This document shows, in pieces, positions 27,619 through 35,895 of a stretch of 64,000 nt of DNA. Origin of the DNA: an uncultured delta proteobacterium (GTDB taxonomy: Bacteria > Desulfobacterota > Binatia > JACPRU01); NCBI GenBank assembly GCA_963745025.1, contig CAVUWD010000016.1, forward strand, positions 160,001-224,000, read 5' to 3'. The notes beneath the pieces were generated by a model, which saw nothing but the letters and a program-made list of their open reading frames with translations, made no database searches and was not told the origin of the DNA. The position numbers and the translations under genes were made by a program. Numbering within the stretch: the stretch's first letter is position 1; each line of letters starts with the position of its first letter.

Positions 27619-28857
27619 ATGTACGCGCTCTACAACCTACTGCTCGCGGTGCCTGGGCTCGCGGTGGCCCCGGCGCTCCGGCTGCCGCGCTTCCGTGCGC
27701 ATCGGGAGCGGCTCGGAGTGTATGCGCCCGAGCTCCTCGAGCGAGTGCGCGGGCGGAAGGTGCTGTGGCTTCACAACGCCTCGATCGGAGAGCTCAAGGC
27801 GTCTCGACCGCTTCTGCGCCGCCTCCGTGAGGAGCTCGTCGAGTGGCGAATCGTCCTCTCCACGACGAGCATCACGGGGCGCGACCTGGCACGAGAGCTG
27901 GCCGAGGCGGACGGTGCGGTGCTGCTGCCGCTCGACTTCCCGGCATCCGTCGAGCGTGCCGTCGATGCGATCGCGCCTTCGCTCTTCGTGTTCACCGAAA
28001 CCGAGATCTGGCCGAACTTGCTGCGCGCGCTTCGCCGGCGGGGCGTTCCCGCCGTGCTCCTCTCCGGACGCGTGTCGCCTCGCTCGTTCCGTCGCTACCT
28101 CTGGATTCGTTCCTTTCTGCGGCGCGTGCTGCAAGACGTGGCGTTGTTGGGCATGCAGAGCGAGGCGGAGGCGGAGCGCATTCGCGCGCTCGGCGCGCCG
28201 CCGGAGCGCGTGCGGGTCACGGGCAGCTTGAAGCTCGAGGCGATCGCCGAGCCGCGGGCGCTGGCGATCGACAGTCCGCCGGGATTCCTCTGGATCGCGG
28301 CCTCGACGCACGCCGGCGAGGAAGATGTCTGCGCGCGCGTGTTCGGTCGGTTGCGCGAGCGGTTCGCCGGGCTCCGGCTGCTGCTGGCTCCTCGGCATCT
28401 CGAGCGGTTGCCGGCGGTGGAAAGCCTCCTGCGCGCGCAAGGGCTCGATTTCATCCGACGCACGGATCTGCGCGAGAACCGTTGGACGGGCGAGCCTCCG
28501 GTGTTGCTGCTCGACACGCTCGGAGAGCTCGCCGGCCTCTACGCGGGAGCCGCCGCGGCATTCGTCGGCGGCACGCTCGCTCGCGTGGGTGGGCACAATC
28601 TCCTCGAGCCGGCCCGAGTCGGTGTGCCGGTGCTCTACGGACCGCACGTGGAGAACGTCGCGGCGCTCGCCGACGTGCTCGATTCGAGCGGCGGCGGATT
28701 CCGCGTCGCCGACGAAGCGGATCTCGCCGCGAAGCTCGAGGCGCTGCTCGACGATCCCGAGCTCTGCGCGCGTACGGGACGCGCGGCGCAGGCAACGGTT
28801 GCATCGGTCGGAAGCGTCGAGGCGAGTCTGCGCGCCGCGCTCGAATGTCTGGCGTGA
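27619..28857 (+). CDS. waaA: Kdo transferase WaaA
   Basis: WLHNASIGE, ETEIWPN, AASTHAGEE, APRHLER, LDTLGEL, GGHNLLEPA. Confidence 0.95.
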   Translation: MYALYNLLLAVPGLAVAPALRLPRFRAHRERLGVYAPELLERVRGRKVLWLHNASIGELKASRPLLRRLREELVEWRIVLSTTSITGRDLARELAEADGAVLLPLDFPASVERAVDAIAPSLFVFTETEIWPNLLRALRRRGVPAVLLSGRVSPRSFRRYLWIRSFLRRVLQDVALLGMQSEAEAERIRALGAPPERVRVTGSLKLEAIAEPRALAIDSPPGFLWIAASTHAGEEDVCARVFGRLRERFAGLRLLLAPRHLERLPAVESLLRAQGLDFIRRTDLRENRWTGEPPVLLLDTLGELAGLYAGAAAAFVGGTLARVGGHNLLEPARVGVPVLYGPHVENVAALADVLDSSGGGFRVADEADLAAKLEALLDDPELCARTGRAAQATVASVGSVEASLRAALECLA

Positions 28858-28871
28858 CCGAGGGGGGATCG

Positions 28872-29993
28872 ATGCGGCGAGCGATCGAGCGCGCCTGGAA
28901 GCGGCAAGGAATCGAGGGACGCGCGATCCGCCTGGCACTTCTGCCCGCCTCGGCGCTGTTCTCGGTGGCCGTGCGGCTGCGTGCGCTCGCCTACCGGTGG
29001 CACCTGCGCAGCCGCCATGCGCTTCCTGCGGCGGTGGTCTCGGTCGGCAACCTTTCGGTCGGTGGCACCGGGAAGACGCCGACGGCGCTGTGGCTGGCCG
29101 AGAGCCTGCAGCAGCGCGGCTATTGCGTGGCGATCCTATCGCGGGGTTACGGCGGCGAGGCGCGCGTGCCGACCGTGGTCGGAGCGGCTCCGATAGCAGG
29201 GATCGCCGCGTCGACGGATGTGCGGGTCGTCGGGGACGAGAACGTCGTCCTCGCGCGACGCTTCTCGGGGCCGGTCGTGGTCGCACGGCGCCGGGCGGAG
29301 GCGGGTGCCCTCGCCTGCCGGGAGCTCGGCGCGGACGTACTCGTGCTCGATGACGGATTCCAGCACCTGGCGCTGCGCCGCGACTTCGACCTCGTCTGCG
29401 TGCGCCCGTCCGCGGCCGGCGACGATCGCGTTCTGCCCGCGGGCCGGCTGCGCGAGCCGCCCGCGGCGCTCGGTCGAGCGCACGCCGCCCTCATCACCAA
29501 GGGGGGGACCGACGAACGCGTCCATCCCGCGCTCGAGCGCCATCTGGCAAACATCCCGACGTATCGCGGAGAGCTGCGGGCCGTGACCCTGTTGACGCCC
29601 GACTCGGGCGAATGGCGCGAGCGGCCGATGGGCGTCTTGGCGGCGCGGAAGGCCCTCGGCGTCTCCGGCCTGGCCGATCCACAGCCGTTCTACCGCATGC
29701 TCCACGACTGGGAAGCCAGACTCCAGGACTTCCTGGAGTTCGCCGATCATCACGTTTACACTCTCGACGACTGGAAAAGGATCGCCCACCGCAGCCGGGA
29801 GCTCGATTTGGTGGTGACGACGGAGAAGGATCTGGTGAAGCTCGAACGATTTCCGTTCGCGAAGGACAAACTGGTGGCCGTACGGGTGTCGATGCACGTC
29901 GAGAACGGCGCTCAGCTCGTCGATTCCGTCGTCGCGGCAATCGAGCGACGGCGTGCCGAGCTCGCGGCCGACCGCGAGACGAGACGTCGGTGA
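28872..29993 (+). CDS. lpxK: Tetraacyldisaccharide 4'-kinase
   Basis: [44 protein letters not shown]. Alternative start at 28845. Confidence 0.95.
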   Translation: MRRAIERAWKRQGIEGRAIRLALLPASALFSVAVRLRALAYRWHLRSRHALPAAVVSVGNLSVGGTGKTPTALWLAESLQQRGYCVAILSRGYGGEARVPTVVGAAPIAGIAASTDVRVVGDENVVLARRFSGPVVVARRRAEAGALACRELGADVLVLDDGFQHLALRRDFDLVCVRPSAAGDDRVLPAGRLREPPAALGRAHAALITKGGTDERVHPALERHLANIPTYRGELRAVTLLTPDSGEWRERPMGVLAARKALGVSGLADPQPFYRMLHDWEARLQDFLEFADHHVYTLDDWKRIAHRSRELDLVVTTEKDLVKLERFPFAKDKLVAVRVSMHVENGAQLVDSVVAAIERRRAELAADRETRRR

Positions 29994-30952
29994 AGTGCCT
30001 GGTCACCGGCGCGGCCGGCTTCATCGGCTCGCATCTCGCCGCGCGCCTCGCCGAGCTCGGCCACGAGATCGTCGGCGTCGACTGCTTCCTCGACTACTAC
30101 CCGCGCACGGTGAAGGAGCGAAATCTCCGATCGCTCGGCGAGCGGCCGAACGTCCGGTTCCTCGAGCAGGATCTGTCGCGTGTCGAGCTCGCACCGCTCC
30201 TCGCGGGCGTGGATTGGGTCTTCCACCAAGCCGCGCAGGCCGGGGTGCGGGCGAGCTGGGGGCGCGACTTCGAGATCTACGCGCTCCACAACGTGCTTGC
30301 CACACAGCGCCTGCTTGAAGCCGCGCGGAACGCGAAGGTCCGTCGCTTCGTCTATGCGTCGTCCTCTTCGGTATACGGGGACACGACCGACCTGCCGATG
30401 CGCGAGCAGAGCCTTCCCCGCCCGATCTCGCCCTACGGCGTGACCAAGCTCGCGGCCGAGCACCTCTGCTGGCTCTACTGGCGGAGCTACGGGCTGCCGA
30501 CCGTATCGCTCCGCTACTTCACGGTCTACGGCCCCCGCCAGCGTCCTGACATGGCGTTTCACCGCTTTCTCAAGGGGGCGCTCCGCGGCGAAGAGATCAC
30601 GCTCTACGACGACGGTGAGCAGACCCGCGACTTCACGTTCGTGTCCGACGTGGTGGCGGCCAACCTCGCCGCGGCGGAGCGAGGCGAGGGTGGCGACGTG
30701 TTCAACATCGGCGGCGGCTCGGAGGTCAGCATCAACCACGTGCTCGAGACGATCGAACGGCTCTGCGGCCGCACTCTCCGCGTGCGGCGCGGAGGGCGGC
30801 AAAAGGGGGACGTTCGGCACACGGCCGCCGACTGCAGCCGCGCGCGAGCGGCGCTCGGCTTCCAGCCCGGCATCGCGCTCCCGGAGGGGCTTCGTCGCGA
30901 GTGGGAATGGATCCAGGAGGAGTATGATGGGCATCAGCCAAGAGCTGCTTGA
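29990..30952 (+). CDS. NAD-dependent nucleotide-sugar epimerase (UDP-glucuronate epimerase-like)
   Basis: TGAAGFIG, AAQAGVR, ASSSSVYG, YGVTK, YFTVYGPRQRPDMA. Confidence 0.92.
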   Translation: MKCLVTGAAGFIGSHLAARLAELGHEIVGVDCFLDYYPRTVKERNLRSLGERPNVRFLEQDLSRVELAPLLAGVDWVFHQAAQAGVRASWGRDFEIYALHNVLATQRLLEAARNAKVRRFVYASSSSVYGDTTDLPMREQSLPRPISPYGVTKLAAEHLCWLYWRSYGLPTVSLRYFTVYGPRQRPDMAFHRFLKGALRGEEITLYDDGEQTRDFTFVSDVVAANLAAAERGEGGDVFNIGGGSEVSINHVLETIERLCGRTLRVRRGGRQKGDVRHTAADCSRARAALGFQPGIALPEGLRREWEWIQEEYDGHQPRAA

Positions 30953-31097
30953 AATTCTCGCCTGCCCCAAGTGCAAGGGCGACCTCGAACTCAACCCGAA
31001 GCAGGACGGGCTCGTCTGCAAGGCATGCAAGCTCCTCTACCGCATCGAGGACGACATCCCGATTATGCTGATCGACGAGGCCGTGAAGCTCGAGTGA
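30927..31097 (+). CDS. Trm112/YcaR family protein
   Basis: LLEILACPKCKG.L...LVC...Y.I.DDIPIMLIDEA; typical lpxK neighbour. Confidence 0.92.
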   Translation: MGISQELLEILACPKCKGDLELNPKQDGLVCKACKLLYRIEDDIPIMLIDEAVKLE

Positions 31098-32119
31098 GCG
31101 AGACGCAGGTCCCCGAAAGCCGCTCGGCCGCCAGCGGGCGCGCGCCGTTTACGGAGTGGCATGGCGCCGTCGAGCGTTTGAACGTGGAGACCTGTGAGGC
31201 CGCCGAGCTCGCCTTTGGGCGCGGGGAGACGGCCGGCGTGCGGGAGTTTCTCTGGGATCCGATGCGCGCGTTCGTCGTCACCGCGCTCCGCAGGGGGCTG
31301 TCGCAGGCCGTGCTCGACGGGTACTGGAGGCTCGCCCGCGCCGCGAAGCTCTGGGAAACCGAAATGCGCTGGCGGAAGCGGCATCTGGAAAGCTTCGAGC
31401 AGGGGGCCGTGTCGGGGATCGCCCGCCGGGAGTGGCGGGACTCGCTCGAACGCCTGCTCGGCGCCGAGGGCGCCGCCGACCGCATCGCCGGTGGACGGGG
31501 CACGGCGCGGCGGATTACGACCGACCAAGGGACGGTGATCGTACGTCGCTACCGCCGCGGCGGTGCGATGCGCTGGCTCGGCCAGAGCTACTTCGGCTTT
31601 CGGTCGCGCCCGTTTCGCGAGTTTCGGGTGTTGCTTTGCGCCCGTCGCCGTGGTCTGCCGGTACCCGACGCGATCGCCGCCGTGGTGGAGCGGAGGTTCG
31701 GGCTCGTCTACCGCGGCCATCTGCTGATGCGCGAGATCGGCGGCAGCGTGCCGATCCTCGACTTTCTGCGCAGCCATCCCGGCGCCGACGCCGTCCCTCT
31801 GCTGGCGCGTGGCCTGCGAGAGCTCCACGACGCGGGCCTGTGGCATCCGGACCTGAATCTCGGAAACGTTCTGGTGGTCGCGCGTTCGTATGGAGCGAGT
31901 CTCGCCTTCGTAGACCTGGACCGCGCACGGCTGGCCGACCGCCCGCTCGGCATCGCCGCACGGCGGCGAAGCCTCCACCGCCTGCGGCGATCGGCGGCGA
32001 AGCTCGATCCCGCCGGTCGTCTGCTCGGTGCGCCCGCGCTCGGTCGTCTCGAGGAGATCTACTGGCGGCTCGACCCGGCGAGCGGCGCGCGCGCGGAGGA
32101 GCCGCGTGGCGTCGACTGA
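31094..32119 (+). CDS. kdkA: Kdo kinase KdkA-like, with ~90-aa N-terminal extension
   Basis: GGRG, VRRYRRGG, RPFREF, LPVP, HPDLNLGN, VDLD, L.RLRRS..K. Confidence 0.8.
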   Translation: MSETQVPESRSAASGRAPFTEWHGAVERLNVETCEAAELAFGRGETAGVREFLWDPMRAFVVTALRRGLSQAVLDGYWRLARAAKLWETEMRWRKRHLESFEQGAVSGIARREWRDSLERLLGAEGAADRIAGGRGTARRITTDQGTVIVRRYRRGGAMRWLGQSYFGFRSRPFREFRVLLCARRRGLPVPDAIAAVVERRFGLVYRGHLLMREIGGSVPILDFLRSHPGADAVPLLARGLRELHDAGLWHPDLNLGNVLVVARSYGASLAFVDLDRARLADRPLGIAARRRSLHRLRRSAAKLDPAGRLLGAPALGRLEEIYWRLDPASGARAEEPRGVD

Positions 32120-33140
32120 GCGCTCGCCCGGGCGGATTCTCATCGTGCTGCTCGGCGCCATCGGCGACGTCGTCCGGGCGATGCCGCTTGCCATGCGCCT
32201 GCGGCGCGGTCTTCCCGAGTCGCGGATCACCTGGGCGGTGGAGCCCTCGGCGGCGCCGCTTCTCGATCGGCACCCCGCGATCGACGAGCGGCTGATCTTC
32301 CGGCGGGACCTCGGCGTGGGCGCGTTCGCGCAGTTTCTCGCCGACGTTCGGCGCCGGCGCTTCGACCTGTCGCTCGATCTGCAGAGACACCTGAAGAGCG
32401 GCGTCGTCAGCCGGGTGAGTGGCGCCACGGTGCGCGTCGGCTTTCACCGCTCGAACACCAAGGAAGCGAACTGGATCTTCAACAGCGAGACGATCCCGCC
32501 GCAGTCGCACTGGTCGAGCAAGCTGCGTCAATACCTGGCCTTTGCCGACCATCTCGGACTGCCCGAATCGCCGGTGGAGTTCGGTCTCTCGCTCGCTCGC
32601 GAGGAGGCGGCGCGCGTCGAGGAACTTCTTCGAGAGGTGCGAGGCCCCTTCGTGACGGCCTTCGTCGGATCGACCTGGGAGAGCCGATGGTGGATGGCCG
32701 AGCGGACCGCCGCGGTCCTCGACGCCGTGCGCGCCCGCTTTGGGCTCTCGGCGGTCGTCGTCGGCGCGCCCGGCGGGGAGGCGGCATTCGCCGCGGACGT
32801 CCAGCGTGCTGCGTCCGGCGACGTCACGAATCTCGCCGGTCGGACGACGCTTCGCGACCTGATCGGCATCTTGGGCCGCGCGCGGATCGCCTTCGGGCCC
32901 GATTCCGGGCCGATGCACATGGCGGCGGCACTCGGTACGCCGGTGGTATCGCTTTGGGGGGCGACGAGCCCGCTGCGCTCGGCACCCTACGGCGCCGAAG
33001 ATCTGGCGCTCGTCGGGCCGGTCGCCTGTCATCCCTGTTACCTTCGCCGCTGTCCCGTAGGCCGGCTCTGCATGCAGCAAATCACCGTCGAGCCGGTGCT
33101 CGCCGCGATCGGAAGCGGGCTCGCACGGAGGGCGGCGTGA
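32106..33140 (+). CDS. GT9 LPS heptosyltransferase (WaaC/WaaF-like)
   Basis: ILIVLLGAIGDVV, DLQ..LKS, NLAGRTTL, DSGPMHMAAALGTP. Confidence 0.92.
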   Translation: MASTERSPGRILIVLLGAIGDVVRAMPLAMRLRRGLPESRITWAVEPSAAPLLDRHPAIDERLIFRRDLGVGAFAQFLADVRRRRFDLSLDLQRHLKSGVVSRVSGATVRVGFHRSNTKEANWIFNSETIPPQSHWSSKLRQYLAFADHLGLPESPVEFGLSLAREEAARVEELLREVRGPFVTAFVGSTWESRWWMAERTAAVLDAVRARFGLSAVVVGAPGGEAAFAADVQRAASGDVTNLAGRTTLRDLIGILGRARIAFGPDSGPMHMAAALGTPVVSLWGATSPLRSAPYGAEDLALVGPVACHPCYLRRCPVGRLCMQQITVEPVLAAIGSGLARRAA

Positions 33141-34063
33141 CGGTTTTCGCGCTCGGCGTGCTCGCCCACGACGAGGAAGGGTCGATCGAGCGGATGTTGA
33201 CGAGCGTCGTGCGGCAGTCGCTCTGGCGTCGGCTGCCTCCGGAGCAGCGACAGATCGTCGTCTATGCCAATGGCTGTAGCGATGCGACCGCCGAGCGGGC
33301 GCGCCGCTTCGGTACGACGTGCGCCGAACTCGCGGTCGTCGAGACCTCGGAGAAGGGTAAATCGCAGGGCTGGAACGTGCTCCACCGTCACCTCCGTCGC
33401 GATGCCGAATGGTGGTTCTTCGCCGACGCCGACGTGATTCTTCACTGGCGGGCCGTCGAGCGACTCTTCGACGCCGCGCGCGCGCACCCCGAGGCGGCCG
33501 TGCTGTCGTCGACGCTGGTGAGCACCGCGCGATTCGTCCCGGTTGCCTACCGTGGCTTTCTCGAAGCGGCGCGCGTCGAATCGGAGCGGCTCAAAGATCC
33601 GCGTCGAATGGTCTCGGCGCGCTTCTATGCGATCCGCCGCAGCGTCGCCGAGGGCATCCGTCTGCCGCCCGGGTTGCTGAACGAGGATCTCTATCTCACG
33701 CGGCTGCTCGGCTCGGATCGCATCTGGCGGAGCCGAGACGCGCGCGTCTTCGCGCGCGAGCCGAGCCGGCTCGGGGAGATCGTGCGCTATCAAGTGCGAA
33801 CCCGCATCGGCTCGTTCCAAGCGCGGCAGATTTCCGGGCCGCGCGTCGACTCGAACAAGTCGGTGAGCGCCATGACGGAGCGAACGCGCAGCTACCGCCG
33901 GCTGTCGTGGAAGGCGAAGCTCGGCAAGCTCGGCTGGATCCCCCTGAAGCTCTACGTGGAGTGGCGGGCGCGCCGCCTGCGTCCCGAGTCCCTCGGGGAA
34001 AGCTTCTGGATGAAGATCGACTCCGCGAAGCTCGAGCCGAAGCGCGAGCGGGGCAAGTCGTGA
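33137..34063 (+). CDS. Glycosyltransferase family 2
   Basis: AHDEE, ANGCSDAT, GKS..WN, DAD, NEDL. Confidence 0.85.
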   Translation: MTVFALGVLAHDEEGSIERMLTSVVRQSLWRRLPPEQRQIVVYANGCSDATAERARRFGTTCAELAVVETSEKGKSQGWNVLHRHLRRDAEWWFFADADVILHWRAVERLFDAARAHPEAAVLSSTLVSTARFVPVAYRGFLEAARVESERLKDPRRMVSARFYAIRRSVAEGIRLPPGLLNEDLYLTRLLGSDRIWRSRDARVFAREPSRLGEIVRYQVRTRIGSFQARQISGPRVDSNKSVSAMTERTRSYRRLSWKAKLGKLGWIPLKLYVEWRARRLRPESLGESFWMKIDSAKLEPKRERGKS

Positions 34064-34866
34064 ACGCGGTGATCGCCGCCGGGCTTCGCGGAACGCCGCT
34101 AGGGGCGGCGCTGGCGGCCCCGGACCGCCTGCTCGACGCGCCGGGCGCCCGCTTCGTGAAGGATCACCGGCGAACCGCGGTGGCGGCGACGACGATCGCC
34201 GGACGCGAGATCTTCGTCAAGCGATTCAAGCCCTACGCCTGGTACCGACGGCTCGAGTGGATGTTTGCGCCGACGCCCGCCCGGCGATGCTGGCAGCGAT
34301 CGGCGGAGCTCGAGCGGGCCGGCTTCCGGGTGGCGCCGGCGCTCGCGCTCGCCGAGACGCGCTCGTGCGGTCTTCCTGCGGATTGCTATTTCGTGACGGC
34401 GAGCCTCGACGGCGCGGAACCCGCGGGGCGCTTCTGGCGGGAGCGCGCGCCCCGGCTGCCGAGCCGCGAGCGCCGCCGAATTCTGGTCGCGCTGGCGTGC
34501 GAGCTCCGCCGCTTCCACGACGCGGGCTTCTACAGCGGCGACGCCAACGCGGACAACTTCTTGGTGCGCCTCTCCGCGGCGGACGAGCCGGAGTTCTTCC
34601 TCCTCGACCTCGAGAACGTGCGCCGGCCGGGGCAGGTGTCTCGCCGCCGGCGCGTCAAGAATCTCGTCCAGCTCCAGCGTCCCATTCGCGCAGACGTGAG
34701 GAGGATCGACCGCCTGCGCTTCCTGCGCGTGTACGCCGGCCAGCCGCTTCGGGAGCTGCGCGGTTGGCTCGGAGCCATCGAGTCGCTCGATGCCCAGAAG
34801 GAAGCGGAGTATCAGGCCCGCCGCGGTCGCCGTCAACCGGCCGCGCCCGATTCGTCTACCCGATAG
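34060..34866 (+). CDS. LPS kinase (WaaP/InaA family)
   Basis: FVKRF, FHDAGFYSGD.NADNFLV, LLDLE, NLVQL, DRLRFL..Y. Confidence 0.82.
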   Translation: MNAVIAAGLRGTPLGAALAAPDRLLDAPGARFVKDHRRTAVAATTIAGREIFVKRFKPYAWYRRLEWMFAPTPARRCWQRSAELERAGFRVAPALALAETRSCGLPADCYFVTASLDGAEPAGRFWRERAPRLPSRERRRILVALACELRRFHDAGFYSGDANADNFLVRLSAADEPEFFLLDLENVRRPGQVSRRRRVKNLVQLQRPIRADVRRIDRLRFLRVYAGQPLRELRGWLGAIESLDAQKEAEYQARRGRRQPAAPDSSTR

Positions 34867-35822
34867 ACACCCGCGGACGAGATCGCGACGGTCGTGACGG
34901 TCGCGCGGCAGGTCTCGGGCTCGACCTCGATCTCGAGGTCGACCGTCTTGCCCCTCCACGGGGTCAGATCGACCTCGACATCGCGGGACGGCCAGCGGTC
35001 GAAGAGCGAGGGCGACAGACGCGTCTCGACGACGTCTCGGCTCGCCGCGCCGTCGCGGATACGCAACGTGGCGATGGCGGGTGCTTGCGCGGGAGTGAGC
35101 AGCGAGACCCGATAACGAAGGACCCCTTCGAGCGGGACACGCAGGTGGCGGCCGATCACCGCGGGACCGGTGATGACTAGCGCCGCGGGCTCCGAGCGCG
35201 TCGCTTGCGTCCGGTGCACGCGAGGGTGCGGAGGCAAACCCCGGCCACGCAGCGGAAGACACAGCGGTCCGATCAAGATCGAGTGGTACTCGGCGGCGAA
35301 GCGTCGCGGTTCGGCACCGTCGGCGCGGCCTTCGAGCCGGCTGTGGCGGAAGGTGAGGCGGTTTTCACCGCGGCGAAGGAGGCTCGCCGGGGCGACGAAG
35401 CGGTACTCGAGGAAGATTGGCTCGGCCGTGAAGCTCGACACCGCGTGACCGTTTACGAGCACCGTGATCGTCTGCGGGATCGCGCCGGCAAACGCGGAGA
35501 GCTTGACGAGGAATTGTTGATCGACGACCGCGAGAACCTCAAACGCGACGTTCGCCTCGAGCTCCGTGGCCCATACGAACGTCAGTCCCGACGACGGGTC
35601 GTATTCGTCGACCGACCAGCCGTCGAGGAGAGGGCGGCGGCTGCCGGCGCCGAAGACGATTCGCCGCGTCTCGGCGATCTCGGTAAGGTCCCGGCCCGAG
35701 GTCAGGTCGAGGATTGGCGCGCGCCGCGGTGTGGCGAAACTGGACTGCTGGCAGGACACGGCGCCGAGCAGCGCGAGCAGGAGCGCGCCGCTCGAAACCG
35801 CGGATCGGCCGCGGGGCTTCAT
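34833..35822 (-). CDS. Hypothetical lipoprotein (beta-sandwich-like)
   Basis: Lipobox GAVSC after a hydrophobic stretch; GWS..E..F.W; VDLTPWRGK.V.L. Confidence 0.7.
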   Translation of the reverse strand: MKPRGRSAVSSGALLLALLGAVSCQQSSFATPRRAPILDLTSGRDLTEIAETRRIVFGAGSRRPLLDGWSVDEYDPSSGLTFVWATELEANVAFEVLAVVDQQFLVKLSAFAGAIPQTITVLVNGHAVSSFTAEPIFLEYRFVAPASLLRRGENRLTFRHSRLEGRADGAEPRRFAAEYHSILIGPLCLPLRGRGLPPHPRVHRTQATRSEPAALVITGPAVIGRHLRVPLEGVLRYRVSLLTPAQAPAIATLRIRDGAASRDVVETRLSPSLFDRWPSRDVEVDLTPWRGKTVDLEIEVEPETCRATVTTVAISSAGVYRVDESGAAG

Positions 35823-35828
35823 TCCGCT

Positions 35829-35888
35829 CGGTTAGCGGACCCGCTCGGGCAAGTCAAAATTGCCTTTCCCGAGGATCCCTCGTATACG
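35829..35888. promoter_or_regulatory. Back-to-back putative sigma70 promoters, near-leaderless
   Basis: Plus strand: TTGCCT(35860)-17-TATACG, GTG 7 bp later. Minus strand: TTGACT-17-TAACCG, ATG 6 bp later. Confidence 0.5.
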
Positions 35889-35895
35889 TGCGCGG

